DNA from: an uncultured delta proteobacterium
Lineage (GTDB): Bacteria; Myxococcota_A; Polyangia; Polyangiales; B10-G4
Direction: 5' to 3'
Assembly (NCBI GenBank): GCA_963727445.1
Contig: CAVSGI010000020.1
Location: forward strand, 416,001-480,000
DNA: 64,000 bases
A program made the position numbers and the translations under genes. The notes below the pieces were generated by a model. That model was not told where the DNA came from. It saw only the letters and a list, made by a program, of their open reading frames with translations, and did not search any database. Of the stretch, positions 1 through 10,352 are shown in pieces (the first letter of the stretch is position 1; each line of letters opens with the position of its first letter).

Positions 1-480
1 GGTGTAGAGGATCATCGCCGTGTCGCCCGCCTTCACGTCGAAGGGGCGCTGCATCGGGAGCTCGCCGAGGCCGAGCCCTTCGACTTCGTGCTGCGGGATC
101 TCGCGTCCGAGCTCTTCCACCGCCGCGGCCGCCACTTCGTAGCGCGGATCGTCGTGGAGGATGGCGTCGCAGCGCGCATGAGCCAATCGCCGCGAGAGCT
201 CCGGGGCGGTGAGCACCGTGGGCATCGGCACCACCGTCATGCCCGCGTAGACGATGCCGAACCACGCCCGCACGAAGGCGTCGCCGTTGTCCGCGAAGAG
301 CGCTACGCGCCCGCCCGGCATCACGCCCTCACCGAGGAGCGCCTGCGCGACGCGTAGCGCGCCGTCGTCCAGCTCGCGATAGGTGACCTCGCGGCGTGAG
401 CGCCCGAGCTCCACCAGGGCTACGTCGTCCGGGCGCCGCAGCGCCGTCTGCCTCAGCACATGCCCGACATTCACTCCCAT
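1..480 (-). CDS. AMP-binding acyl-CoA synthetase / long-chain fatty acid-CoA ligase, N-terminal part (runs off window)
   Basis: Not in ORF track. My translation from ATG at 480 gives MGVNVGHVLRQTALRRPDDVALVE...VTYRELD...AWFGIVYAGMTVVP...DTAMILYT, ending at the start of the AMP-binding P-loop motif (YTSGTTG). Confidence 0.85.
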   Translation of the reverse strand, partial: MGVNVGHVLRQTALRRPDDVALVELGRSRREVTYRELDDGALRVAQALLGEGVMPGGRVALFADNGDAFVRAWFGIVYAGMTVVPMPTVLTAPELSRRLAHARCDAILHDDPRYEVAAAAVEELGREIPQHEVEGLGLGELPMQRPFDVKAGDTAMILYT

Positions 481-513
481 GGGCCGTGGGTGTACCGGTC
501 GACCCGCCGCTTG

Positions 514-1881
514 TCACGCCCGGGCGATGGCTTTGCGGCTGATTCGATCGAAACGGGCCACGAGAGCCACCGCCACCGTCGAAAGGCCCGCGCAGAGGCC
601 CCACCAGAGCCCCTCCACGCCCCAACCGGCGGGCCAGGCGAGGATGGCGGCGACGGGCACGCCTATCAGGTAGTGGCCGAGCACGTTGGCGATCATCGCG
701 AAGCGCGTGTCCCCGGCGCCGCGTAGCGCGCCGGCCCCCACCGCTTGAAGCCCGTCCACCAGTTGGAAGGCGGCAGCCACGAGGATCAGCGGCACGGCGG
801 CGGCGATGACCTCCGCGTCGTCCGTGATGAGACGCGCGAGGAGCGACGGAACGGCCAGGAAGAAGAGCGCGTTCATCGCCATGAAGCCGCCAGCGGCGCC
901 GAGCGCGACGAAGCCGGCGCGGCGGGTCTTGTCCGCGTCGCCTTCGCCGATGGCGCGTCCGACGCGAACGGTGGCGGCGGCGTTGAGCGCCAGCGGGACC
1001 TGAAAGGTCGTCGCGGCGAGGGTCAGGGCGACGTTGTGGGCGGCGAGGGGGCGAGTGCCGAGGATGCCGGCGCCGAGACCGGTGAGCGTGAAGAGGCCGA
1101 CCTCGGCGAGGAGGGCGCCAGCGATGGGCGCGCCGAGTCGGAAGGCGCGGCGGATGGTCTCGGGGTCGGGACGGAAGCGCGTGCGTGTTTCGCTCCCGTC
1201 GCCGAGCGCGCGCACCGCATAGAGGATGATCCCCATCTGCAGCACGGTGCAGACGGTGCTCGTCCAGCCGGCGCCCGCGACGCCGAGCGCGGGGACGCCG
1301 AGGGCCGGCAGGCCATAGGGCGTGAGGCCGGCGTCGCCGAAGACGAGCGCCCAGCTCACAGGCAGGTTGATGACGTTGGCGACGACGACGCCGATCACCA
1401 TCGGGCGGGTGACGTCGTGGGCGGAGAGGTAGCTGCGGCCCCCGATGAGCAGGAAGAAGGGCCACAGGCTCGGCAGGCGCGCGTGCACGTAGTCGGCGGT
1501 GGCGGCGGAGGCGTCGGCGTCGATCCCGAGGGTCGGCAAGAGCGCCACCACGCCCACGATCGCCAGCGCGAGGGGAAAGGCGACGACGACCGCGATGCCC
1601 AGCCCCTGCAGATAGAGGCGGCGCGCCTCTTTGCGCTCGTTGGCACCGACGGCCTGGGTGATCAGCGGGTCGAGGCCGAGCATCAGGCCGAGACCGATGA
1701 CGGCGACCGCGAAGTAGAGCCCGCTGCCGAGGCCGACGGCGCCGAGGGGTACCTCACCCAGGCGTCCCACCACCGCCGTGTCGACCGCCCCCATCAGCTG
1801 GTTGCCGAGGTTGCTCAGGGCGAGAGGGACGGCGACCGAGAAGAGGCCGCGCGCTTCCGTGCGGATGGGGGACGCCGTCAC
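514..1881 (-). CDS. MATE family efflux transporter (NorM-like)
   Basis: About 12 hydrophobic segments; MATE motifs VDTAVVGRLG, LAAHNVA, RVGRAIG, FQLVDGLQAVGAGALRGAGDT. Confidence 0.93.
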   Translation of the reverse strand: MTASPIRTEARGLFSVAVPLALSNLGNQLMGAVDTAVVGRLGEVPLGAVGLGSGLYFAVAVIGLGLMLGLDPLITQAVGANERKEARRLYLQGLGIAVVVAFPLALAIVGVVALLPTLGIDADASAATADYVHARLPSLWPFFLLIGGRSYLSAHDVTRPMVIGVVVANVINLPVSWALVFGDAGLTPYGLPALGVPALGVAGAGWTSTVCTVLQMGIILYAVRALGDGSETRTRFRPDPETIRRAFRLGAPIAGALLAEVGLFTLTGLGAGILGTRPLAAHNVALTLAATTFQVPLALNAAATVRVGRAIGEGDADKTRRAGFVALGAAGGFMAMNALFFLAVPSLLARLITDDAEVIAAAVPLILVAAAFQLVDGLQAVGAGALRGAGDTRFAMIANVLGHYLIGVPVAAILAWPAGWGVEGLWWGLCAGLSTVAVALVARFDRISRKAIARA

Positions 1882-1893
1882 GTGAGGCTGGCC

Positions 1894-2877
1894 TCAGAAG
1901 GTCAGGACGAGCTTCCCGAAGGTGCGATTTTCGTCCATGCGGCGATGCGCCTCCGCCACCTCTTCGATGGGCAGCGCATCATCCACGACGGCCTCGAGGG
2001 TGCCGTCCGCGAGAGAGGGCAGCACGGCGGCCGAAAACGCCTGCGCGAGCGCGGCCTTCTCCTCGAGTGGACGGGCGCGCAGCACGCTGCCGACGATGTG
2101 GAGGCGCTTTCGGAGCACGAGGCCGAGGGGCAGCTCGCCGCTCACGCCGCCCATCAGGCCGAGGATCACCATCGTCCCCTGCGCCGCGAGCGCCGCCGCG
2201 TTTTCGGCGAGGTACGCCGCGCCGACGGTGTCGATGATGACGTCGGCGCCGCCCGCCGCTTCTTTCACCGCGTCGGCGAAGGTCCCGTCCGACACGTGGA
2301 TCGCGTGGTCGAGGCCGAGGGGCTCGACGCGTTCGAGCTTGTCGGCGGTGCGCGAGGTGCCGAGGGTGACGCCGCCCGCGCGCTTGACGAGCTGCGTCGC
2401 GGCGGTGCCGACGCCCGACGCCACCGCGTGAAGGAGGACGCGCGTGCCGAGGCCGACGCGCGCCTGCCGGAAGAGGGCGTCGTAGGCGGTGAGCCACACC
2501 TCGGGGATCGCGCCCGCGGTCTCGAAGTCCATCGACTCCGGGATGCGGATCGCCTCGCGCTCGTGGGTCACGAGGTAGCTCGCCATGCCGCCGCCGGCGA
2601 CGATGCCCATCACCCGGTCGCCCACCGCGTGATCGCGCACGCCTTCGCCGACGGCCTCGACGACGCCGGCATATTCGAGGCCGGGGACATCGGCGGGGGC
2701 GCCCGGGGGCGCGGGGTAGAAGCCGCGGCGCTGAAGGGTGTCGGCGCGGTTGAGGCCCGCCGCGCGCACGGCGACGAGGATCTCGGAGGGGCCCGGGTCG
2801 CGAACGTCGATCTCGCCGAGCGCGAGGACGTCGGGACCGCCGGGCTCCCGGATGCGAACGGCTCTGGCGCGGGGCAT
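1894..2877 (-). CDS. NAD(P)H-quinone oxidoreductase (zeta-crystallin/PIG3-type MDR family)
   Basis: AAGLNRADTLQRRGFYP, PGLEYAG, HAVASGVGTAA, C-terminal GKLVL. Start moved to ATG 2877 (MPRARAVRI). Confidence 0.92.
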   Translation of the reverse strand: MPRARAVRIREPGGPDVLALGEIDVRDPGPSEILVAVRAAGLNRADTLQRRGFYPAPPGAPADVPGLEYAGVVEAVGEGVRDHAVGDRVMGIVAGGGMASYLVTHEREAIRIPESMDFETAGAIPEVWLTAYDALFRQARVGLGTRVLLHAVASGVGTAATQLVKRAGGVTLGTSRTADKLERVEPLGLDHAIHVSDGTFADAVKEAAGGADVIIDTVGAAYLAENAAALAAQGTMVILGLMGGVSGELPLGLVLRKRLHIVGSVLRARPLEEKAALAQAFSAAVLPSLADGTLEAVVDDALPIEEVAEAHRRMDENRTFGKLVLTF

Positions 2878-3008
2878 GGGCGCGAAGATAGCGCACCACC
2901 GCGGCGCGGGCGCACCAAAACGAGGCGGCCTTGCGCTACGCGGAGGGCAGATGTCGCGTTGCTTTCGCTCGGCACGGCGCTCGCACTGGGTCACGGCGGA
3001 GGTCGACG

Positions 3009-4223
3009 ATGACGAAGCCGAACGAGCAGGCGCTGGCGCTCGCCCGCGCCCGAGTAGCGGAGGGGTGGCGCGAAGGGCGCCCGATCGAGGATCCCGACAA
3101 GACGAAGCGATGGGGCCTGATCACCGCCAAGCCCAGCGAGTACCTCGTGCACTGTCGTCGCGGGCGCGTGCTCGCGTCGAGCGGGCAGGGCGCCACCTGC
3201 TTCAAGTGGCCCTGGGACTCGGTGGCCGTGGTGCCGACCTCGCTTCAGCGCATCGCCTTCGTCGCGGATCAGGTCACGGCGGAGAAGGTCGGGGTGCAGG
3301 TGACCGGGCTCGCCGTCTACCGCATCGCCGCGCCGCTGATCGCCTTTCGCGTGCTGAACTTCTCCTATGCGGAGCGGGCGCAGGAGAAGCTGGCGGAGAC
3401 GCTCACCTCGATGCTCACGGGTGCGACGCGGCGCCTCCTCGCGAACCTGGGCGTCGAGGAGGTGATGCAGAAGCGCAAAGGCGCCATCGCCGACGAGCTG
3501 ATGCGGGAGATCGCCCCGGTGGTGGCCGGGGAAGGGCGCACCGACGACGAGACCGACCGAGGCTGGGGCGTGGTCCTGGACACCATCGAGATCCAGGACG
3601 TCCGCGTGCTCTCGGAGCAGGTCTTCTCCGCGATGCAGGCGCCTTACCGTGCCCGGCTCGACCGCGAGGCACGCGAGGCGAAGGCCGACGCCGACCGCCG
3701 CGGGGCGCTCGCGGAGGCCGAAAGCCGCCGCCAGGTCGAGCGCGCGGAGCTCGACGCAGAGGCCGATGTCGCCGAGCGTGAAGCGGAGATCGCTCGTGAG
3801 CGGGCCGAGGCGCAGATGCGCGACGCGGTGCGTGCAGCCGCGCGCGAGGTAGAGGAGGCCGAGGCGCGGACCGCGGCGCGCGAAGCGCTGGTGGACGCGA
3901 CTGTCGCCGAGGGGCAGATCGCGCGCGCCAAGCAGGAGGCGGAGCTCGCGCGACGCCGCGCGGAGAGCGAGGCGGTGGTGGAGATGGGCCTGGCGCGGGC
4001 GGAGCTCGCCGCCCGCGAGGCGAAGAACGAGGAGGTGCGCGCCGCGGCGCGTGCGCGGGTGGCGCTCGTGGAGAGGTTGCCAGAGCTCGCGGGCGCGGTA
4101 GGCGAGCGTTTCGGCGAGGTGCGGGTGACGCAGATCGGCGGCGACGGTCAGCCCTTCGGGAACATCGCGCAGGCCGTGGCCTCGGTGCTCGAGCTCGCGC
4201 GAGAGGGGCTCAGTCCAGACTGA
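3009..4223 (+). CDS. SPFH/Band 7 (flotillin-like) protein with coiled-coil C-terminus
   Basis: SPFH-like core (ADQVTAEKVGVQVTGLAVYRI...WGVVLDTIEIQDVRV) followed by an Ala/Glu/Arg-rich coiled coil. ATG 3009 follows GGAGG. Confidence 0.85.
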   Translation: MTKPNEQALALARARVAEGWREGRPIEDPDKTKRWGLITAKPSEYLVHCRRGRVLASSGQGATCFKWPWDSVAVVPTSLQRIAFVADQVTAEKVGVQVTGLAVYRIAAPLIAFRVLNFSYAERAQEKLAETLTSMLTGATRRLLANLGVEEVMQKRKGAIADELMREIAPVVAGEGRTDDETDRGWGVVLDTIEIQDVRVLSEQVFSAMQAPYRARLDREAREAKADADRRGALAEAESRRQVERAELDAEADVAEREAEIARERAEAQMRDAVRAAAREVEEAEARTAAREALVDATVAEGQIARAKQEAELARRRAESEAVVEMGLARAELAAREAKNEEVRAAARARVALVERLPELAGAVGERFGEVRVTQIGGDGQPFGNIAQAVASVLELAREGLSPD

Positions 4224-6822
4224 AAGTCGCCACGAAGTCGCCGCCGCTGGTGGTGGTGAGGCTGTCGACGACGATCAAATAGGCCACCCCCATGGTCGCC
4301 GTGAAGGAGAGGGTGGTCGTGTTGCCGGTAGGTATGGTGCACGTCCCGCTCGCCTCCGCCGCGCTGCACACACCGCCGCCGTAGTAGAGGCTCGGGCCCC
4401 ACCCGTCCGCCGTCTCCACCGAGATGGTCAAGAGCCCCGTCCGGGCGGGCGTGACCAGATAGGCGAAGTCGGGTGCGCCGTCGACGACGCAGCTCGCCCC
4501 AGCGCTCTTCGTGTCGTCGAAAGCGTGAAGCGTGGTGTCCGTCTCGGTGAGCTCCTCCATCAGGTCGATGCTGATCGGCTTGGGCGCGTCGCAGGTCCCC
4601 ACGTCGTCGAAGGGCTGATACCAGGCGTCGAGGGTGTAGTCGCCCTGGGCGAAGGGCGTCTCGCCATCCACGTAGACGAAGAGCATCGACGGGGCGTCGA
4701 GGATCTCGAGGCGAGAGGTCGTGAACCCGGGCGCCACGTTGTCGTTGCAACCGAGCTCGCTCAGCGCGTCCGGCCCGCATCCCGTCATGATCGACCGCGC
4801 GTGCAGAGCGGTGTCGAAGCCTGTGCCCCCCTCGGTGGACAAGCCCACCCGCCCCACACCCGGCGCCGTCACTTGGTAGACGACGTCCAGCGCGTCCTCC
4901 CCTCCGCAGTCCCCTGCGCCATTGTCGAAGGCGGTGGCGGTGGAGCCCGTCACGGTCGCCGTCCTCGCATCGAGGCTGATGTCAATCGGCCCGTCGCAAG
5001 CGCCCTCCACCGGGTACGGCAGGTAGCGGAAGTCGAGCTGGTAGTCACCGCGGCTCGTGGGTCCGTTTCCGTCCACTACGAAGTAGAGCTCGTCCCCTTC
5101 GTTGACGTAGCCCTGGATCCGCGACGTCACGAAGCCGGCCTGCACGTCGTTGTTGCATATGCGCTCCGGAGGGGCCTCGCACACGTCCCGGGCGTAGAGC
5201 ACCGTGTCGAAGGTGGTCGAGCCTTCGGTGCTCGCGACATAGCGCCCCTCGGCGGGCGTCGTGAAGTGATAGACGTGCTCCGGCGCCCCGCCGCTGGTGG
5301 CACAGTCGGTGGCGGCATCGAGGTCGGAAAAGGCCCGCGCCGTCGAGCCCGTGTCCGAATAGGTTCCTCCCTCCGCCGGGACCGTGATCTCCGTCGGGGC
5401 GTCGCAGGTGCCACTGCCGGTGGCGTCGTTGGCCACGTACCAGAAGTCGAGCTCGTAGTCGCCGAGGCTGATCGCGTTGTTTCCGTCGACGAAGAGATAC
5501 ACCGGCTCGCCTTCGGCCACGTCCGTTTGCAGCCGTGAGGAGACGAGCCCCGGCGCGTCGTTGTCGTTGCAGACCACCTCTGCACCCGAATCGTCGCAGG
5601 CGCTCCGCGCGTAGAGCACGGTGTCGAAGACGGTCATGCCCTGAGTGCTCGCACCGATTCGCCCGTCCGCCGGGGGGGTGAACTGGTAGACGACCTCCGG
5701 CGCTCCGTTGGCCATCGCGCAGGTCCCCTGGGCGTCGTCGAAGGCGCCGATGGTGGTGCCGGTGACATGGAAGACGCCGTCGGCGTCGGGTTCGATGGGG
5801 ATGGGCATGGAGCAGTCGGTCCCCGGTCCTCCCGACATGCGGACCGTCACCTGGAAGGTGCCCGCGGACGTACCGTTGCCATCGACGAAGAGATAGACGG
5901 GCTCTCCGTCCATGACATCCAGCTGCATCCGAGACGTGGGAACCCCTGGGTTGACGTTGTCGTTGCACGCGAACTCGGGCATCGGCACGATGCATTCGCT
6001 CCGGGCGTAGATGACGGTATCGAAGACCGTCGCGGCGCCCTCGGTCGAGACTTCGATGCGACCGTCGTCCTCCGGAACGAAGCGCAGCACCACGTCCTTG
6101 CCGTCCTCGGCCGCTGCGCAGCTCCCGACGGCGTGGTCCATCTCGTCCGCGGTGTCCCCGTAGTAGACGTACGCTCCGTCCGAAAGCGTCGCGCCCGCCA
6201 GCGCCAAATCGATGGGAGCGTCGCACGAGCCTTCGGGAGTGCAGGTGGCGCTGCAGCCGTCGTTGTCCCGGAGGTTGCCGTCGTCGCACCTTTCACCAGC
6301 GTCCAAGAAGCCATCGCCGCAGCCCACGACGCCGTAGGGCGGCAGGGTGGACCCGTCGATGTCGCCGTTGACGCAGTGACCGTCCCGGCAGCTGAGCGGG
6401 GCGCTGCAATCGACGTCGATGCACGCATCTTCGAGAACCAGACGCAGCTGACGGATCTCACCAGAGAGGAAGCCGGTTGTCGCGCGCACGACCGCGACCG
6501 GATTGGTGTCGGAATCGGCGGTCAGCGCGGCGGCCTCGACGCGGAAGCGCCGGTTTGCGTCGTTGTCGATGGGCTTGATGCCGAAGCTGAATGGGAAGCT
6601 CAGGGCTTCGTCGTCGCCGATCACCACCATGTGCGCCGGGACGTCGGGCTCGTCGGTCGGGATCTCGTCGCCGGACCAGACGAAGAGCCGGAGCCGCGCG
6701 GCCTGCATCTGCACGCCCTCCTGGGCGTCGACGATCACCAGCACCTCGCTGAAAGGCTCGCCTGCACACGACGTGACCAAGAACGACGCAGCGAGCGCGA
6801 GGAGGGCGCGCTTCAGCGCCAC
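4210..6822 (-). CDS. Large lipoprotein with myxobacterial Cys-rich repeat (DUF4215-like) and 5-6 tandem PPC-like beta-sandwich domains
   Basis: Lipobox LVTSC; CGDGFLDAGERCDDGN..DNDGCSATC motif; repeated FDTVLYAR..C..CNDN..SR....VDGN units. Confidence 0.75.
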   Translation of the reverse strand: MALKRALLALAASFLVTSCAGEPFSEVLVIVDAQEGVQMQAARLRLFVWSGDEIPTDEPDVPAHMVVIGDDEALSFPFSFGIKPIDNDANRRFRVEAAALTADSDTNPVAVVRATTGFLSGEIRQLRLVLEDACIDVDCSAPLSCRDGHCVNGDIDGSTLPPYGVVGCGDGFLDAGERCDDGNLRDNDGCSATCTPEGSCDAPIDLALAGATLSDGAYVYYGDTADEMDHAVGSCAAAEDGKDVVLRFVPEDDGRIEVSTEGAATVFDTVIYARSECIVPMPEFACNDNVNPGVPTSRMQLDVMDGEPVYLFVDGNGTSAGTFQVTVRMSGGPGTDCSMPIPIEPDADGVFHVTGTTIGAFDDAQGTCAMANGAPEVVYQFTPPADGRIGASTQGMTVFDTVLYARSACDDSGAEVVCNDNDAPGLVSSRLQTDVAEGEPVYLFVDGNNAISLGDYELDFWYVANDATGSGTCDAPTEITVPAEGGTYSDTGSTARAFSDLDAATDCATSGGAPEHVYHFTTPAEGRYVASTEGSTTFDTVLYARDVCEAPPERICNNDVQAGFVTSRIQGYVNEGDELYFVVDGNGPTSRGDYQLDFRYLPYPVEGACDGPIDISLDARTATVTGSTATAFDNGAGDCGGEDALDVVYQVTAPGVGRVGLSTEGGTGFDTALHARSIMTGCGPDALSELGCNDNVAPGFTTSRLEILDAPSMLFVYVDGETPFAQGDYTLDAWYQPFDDVGTCDAPKPISIDLMEELTETDTTLHAFDDTKSAGASCVVDGAPDFAYLVTPARTGLLTISVETADGWGPSLYYGGGVCSAAEASGTCTIPTGNTTTLSFTATMGVAYLIVVDSLTTTSGGDFVATFSLD

Positions 6823-7400
6823 GTCAGCACCTCGAGCACCTGTCCGAGATCACCCTGAACCGGATCCGGTCCGCCGCCCCCACTCGCGGCCACGGCCACC
6901 CCGATGGCGACGCCCGCGCCAACCGCGATGACGCCGCCGACGATCGCCCAAAACCACCACTTGGAGAAGATGCTCCCGGATTCTTCCTGGGGGGACTCCG
7001 TCTGCCCCTCCGGCTCGGTGAGGGTCTGCGCCGCGGTGATGCGCGCGCGCAGCTCCCGGATCCGGATCTCCACGTCTTCGCGGTTCACCGCGTCCGGCAT
7101 CTGATCCAGGTAGCTCTGGAAAGCTTCGAGCGCCCGCTCGTCCATCGCGAGTCGCGCGGCACACTGGCCGATGTTGAAGAGGAGCTCGGCGTGCTGGCTC
7201 AGCTCATAGGCGCGCTCGAAGTTGTCGAGCGCTTCTTGGTACTGACCCGCCTCGAAGTCGACCCGGGCGCGCTCGAAGCGCCACCGCGCTTCGTCCTCGG
7301 TGTCGTCCTCGGTTGCCGCGTCGTCCTGCGCGGCGACGGGCGCGCTCAGCGCCAGCCACGACGAGGAAGCCAGGAGGAAGACGAGCAAGAAGCGAGGCAC
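6813..7400 (-). CDS. Exported TPR protein with C-terminal TM helix
   Basis: Signal peptide ending VAAQ; TPRs (YQEALDNFERAYELS, LLFNIGQC); KWWFWAIVGGVIAVGAG anchor. Overlaps the start of the next gene. Confidence 0.85.
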   Translation of the reverse strand: MPRFLLVFLLASSSWLALSAPVAAQDDAATEDDTEDEARWRFERARVDFEAGQYQEALDNFERAYELSQHAELLFNIGQCAARLAMDERALEAFQSYLDQMPDAVNREDVEIRIRELRARITAAQTLTEPEGQTESPQEESGSIFSKWWFWAIVGGVIAVGAGVAIGVAVAASGGGGPDPVQGDLGQVLEVLTWR

Positions 7401-7462
7401 GCGGAGAGGATACGCGCGCCGCGACCAGATTTGGAGTAACCCGCCGTTCGGCGCGGTCTGCT

Positions 7463-9457
7463 ATGGTCGCTTCGATGCTGCCGCTGGGCGTGCGGGCTGG
7501 GGATGGCGCGAGCGCCGTCGGGCTTCCGACAGAGGCGCTCCTCCGCCACGTCCTGGCGCTCGGCTCCCGCGGCTCCGGCAAGAGCGTCTTCTGCAAGGTG
7601 GTGGTCGAGGAAGCGGTCCGCGCCGGGATTCCCGTGATCGCCGTCGATCCCCAGGGCGACCTGGTCAGCCTCGCCCTCTTCGGGGACGAGGCGGAGCTCG
7701 CGCGGCGCGGCGCCGACCCCCGGGCCGCGCGCGAGTTCCACGAGCGGGCGGAGGTGGTGGTGTTCACGCCGGCGTCGCGCCGCGGGATCCCGCTCTGTGC
7801 CGATCCGGTGCACTCCGCGCCGTCGACCGTGGGCGCACGGCGGATGCTCTTCACCGGTGGGGTGCCCATCGACGCCGAGACGCTCCTCGGCCTCGGTCCG
7901 CACCGCACGCCGGGCCGGGTCCGCGTGTCGATCATCTATCTGGGCACCCTTCACTCGCAGGACGACAAGGACCTCATCGTCGCGGCGCTCGCCGATCGCC
8001 TCTACCGCTGGATGCTGCAGCACCCGTGCAAGGAGCCCCAGGCGCTCTTGTACGTGGACGAGGTGGCTCCCTTCGTTCCGCCGGCGCGCAAACCAGCGTG
8101 CAAGGAAGGCCTCACCGTCCTGCTGGAGCAGGCCCGCAAGTATGGCGTCGGCTGCATGATGGCGACCCAGAACCCGTGCGACGTGGACCATCGGGCGATG
8201 GGGCAATTCGGCACCTGGGCGCTCGGCCGCCTGAGCGCGCGTCAGGACATCGCGAAGATCGAGCCGTCCCTCAGGGCGCTCGCGCCCGACGACGCCGACG
8301 CCATCGCCGCGCGTCTGCCGCAGCTCCGGCCGGGGGAGCTCGTCCTCGTGAGCCCGGACCATCACCCGGAGCCCGTGCCGCTGATCACGCGCTGGCTCTA
8401 CAGCGACCACCGCACCATCGACGAGACGGGGCTCGCCGAGATCGTGACCGCGGACCAGCGCGCGCGCTTCGCCCCGCTCGTGAAGAAGGAGATGGGCAAC
8501 GAGGACCCCACGCGGTCGGTGGTGAGCGCTCCCGCACGCCCCGAAGCCCCGACGCCGGTCCCCCCGCCCCCCGAAGAGCCCATCCCCTTCGCAGGCGACG
8601 CGGCCGAAGCGTTTTCCCCCAGCGCCCCGACCCTCCTGGTCTCCGCCGATGGCGTGGTGGACCGGCGCGACGAGCCGGGGGTCCGCTGGGCCCGGAAGTT
8701 GGCGCAGAGCACGTCGATGACAGCCAAGGAGTTCGCCGAGCGGGCGGAGATGTCGGTGGCCAAGGCGCGCCGTGTCCTCGGCGCGTTGATCGAGAGCGGC
8801 GACGCGGGGCGATACAAGGAGGGCCGGAGCTATCGCTATTGGGCGACGTCGAATGGGGCGCGCCCGGATCTGTCCCTGCCCGACAAGGTCAGCACCGTCG
8901 CTGCCGCGCTCGGACAAGACGACGCGGAGAAGCTCGGGGAGCAGGCGGCGCGCGGCAAGCTCCTGGGCTTCATCGGTGACGCCGAGCGCTTCGAATCGGC
9001 GGAGCTCGTTCACCGCCTGCTCTACCGTGTGGACTTCGACGAGAAGGTGCCGGCGCCGATCCTGTCCCGTTTCCTCGGCGGCCCGAAGGCCGTGCTCGCA
9101 GGCAGCGTGTACCTGCATCCCAGTCGCCTGGACGTGCTGGTCCTGAGCGAAAAGGACGGGATGAGCTTCGTCGCGAATCCGAAGAAACACGTCAGCGCGG
9201 TCGAGGATCTCGACGGGGTGGCGGCCTTCGTCGACGTGCCGCCCGGCACGCTCACGCTCGAGGAGAGCGACTGGGAGAGCCCGGCGTCACAGGAGCGGGT
9301 GCGCGCGCGCTTCGCGGAGCTCTTCGAGGCGCGGGCCCGCGCGGTCAGCCCGGTTCTGATCCCGCTCTGGCGGCTGTCGCTGACAGCCGGTGGCGGCAAG
9401 AAGAAGCGGCTGGTGCTTGTCGATGCGGTGGTGGGTCGTCCCGTCACCTGGGACTGA
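7463..9457 (+). CDS. HerA/FtsK-like (DUF87/DUF853) ATPase with central winged-helix and unknown C-terminal domain
   Basis: Walker A GSRGSGKS, DPQGD, Walker B LLYVDE, QARKYGVGCMMATQNP; HTH-like MTAKEFAERAEMSVAKARRVLGAL. Confidence 0.8.
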   Translation: MVASMLPLGVRAGDGASAVGLPTEALLRHVLALGSRGSGKSVFCKVVVEEAVRAGIPVIAVDPQGDLVSLALFGDEAELARRGADPRAAREFHERAEVVVFTPASRRGIPLCADPVHSAPSTVGARRMLFTGGVPIDAETLLGLGPHRTPGRVRVSIIYLGTLHSQDDKDLIVAALADRLYRWMLQHPCKEPQALLYVDEVAPFVPPARKPACKEGLTVLLEQARKYGVGCMMATQNPCDVDHRAMGQFGTWALGRLSARQDIAKIEPSLRALAPDDADAIAARLPQLRPGELVLVSPDHHPEPVPLITRWLYSDHRTIDETGLAEIVTADQRARFAPLVKKEMGNEDPTRSVVSAPARPEAPTPVPPPPEEPIPFAGDAAEAFSPSAPTLLVSADGVVDRRDEPGVRWARKLAQSTSMTAKEFAERAEMSVAKARRVLGALIESGDAGRYKEGRSYRYWATSNGARPDLSLPDKVSTVAAALGQDDAEKLGEQAARGKLLGFIGDAERFESAELVHRLLYRVDFDEKVPAPILSRFLGGPKAVLAGSVYLHPSRLDVLVLSEKDGMSFVANPKKHVSAVEDLDGVAAFVDVPPGTLTLEESDWESPASQERVRARFAELFEARARAVSPVLIPLWRLSLTAGGGKKKRLVLVDAVVGRPVTWD

Positions 9458-9466
9458 CCTCTGCGC

Positions 9467-10306
9467 TCAGCTTCCGACGCGGAGGCGCTTCGACACGTAC
9501 TGCGGCTTCACGAAGGCGGCGCGATGGAGGTCGCGGTTGTACGTCTTGGAGCGCTCTTCGATCCGCGACGCACGCGCGACGTCGACCGCCATCGGATCGG
9601 CACCGTCGGTCGCGTAGGTCCACGACCAAATGCCCGCCGAGTAGAGCGGAGCCGGCCCGAAGTACGGATGCACCGCCCGGAAGACGCCCTCGAGCGTGTC
9701 CTGGATCTCGTGGAAGACGTGGTCGAGGAGCGGCGATTCGCTCTGCAGCGCGAAGACGCCGCCGACGGCGAGGTTCTTCTTCACGCTCCGGTAGAACGCT
9801 TCGTCGAAGAGTCCTTCGCCCGGGCCCACGGGATCGGTGCCGTCGAGCAGGATCACGTCCCAGGGGGGATCGTTCGACTCGCGGAGGTAGGTGATGCCAT
9901 CGGCGATGCGCAGGTCGAGGCGAGGGTCCTCCCACGCGCCGAGGGTCGGGAGGTGCGCCTTCGACGCCTCGACCACCATCGCGTCGATCTCGACCATCGC
10001 GACCTCTTCGACCTCGGGATGCCGGAGCACTTCCCGCGCCGTCCCCCCGTCCCCGCCGCCGATGATCAGCACTCGCCGGATCCGCGGGGCAGAACAGAGC
10101 GCGGGGTGCACCAGCATCTCGTGGTAGAGGAATTCCTCCGCTTCACTGGTCATGAAGACCCCGTCGATCACCAGCACCCGCCCGAAGCGGACGGTGTCGA
10201 GGACCTCCACCTTCTGATGCTCGCTCTGCCCTTCGAAGACGCGCTCTTTCACGGCCAGCCCGTAGCGCATGCGCTCCCGATACGTCTCTTCGTACCAATC
10301 CGTCAC
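9467..10306 (-). CDS. speE: Polyamine aminopropyltransferase (spermidine synthase)
   Basis: FGRVLVIDG, YHEMLVHP, IIGGGDGGTAREVLRH, DVILLDGTDP. GTG 10306 is preceded by AAGAGGGA. Confidence 0.92.
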   Translation of the reverse strand: MTDWYEETYRERMRYGLAVKERVFEGQSEHQKVEVLDTVRFGRVLVIDGVFMTSEAEEFLYHEMLVHPALCSAPRIRRVLIIGGGDGGTAREVLRHPEVEEVAMVEIDAMVVEASKAHLPTLGAWEDPRLDLRIADGITYLRESNDPPWDVILLDGTDPVGPGEGLFDEAFYRSVKKNLAVGGVFALQSESPLLDHVFHEIQDTLEGVFRAVHPYFGPAPLYSAGIWSWTYATDGADPMAVDVARASRIEERSKTYNRDLHRAAFVKPQYVSKRLRVGS

Positions 10307-10352
10307 TCGATCCCTCTTGAACTCTGGCGGAAGGCACTGCATAGCACGGCTC

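Noticed and set aside
745..3012. 755-aa plus-strand ORF and many similar long ORFs (e.g. 7346..9190, 33002..34417, 37160..40072)
   Set aside because: Antisense or alternate-frame shadows of clear genes. High GC suppresses stops, and the translations are Arg/Pro/Gly-rich without motifs.
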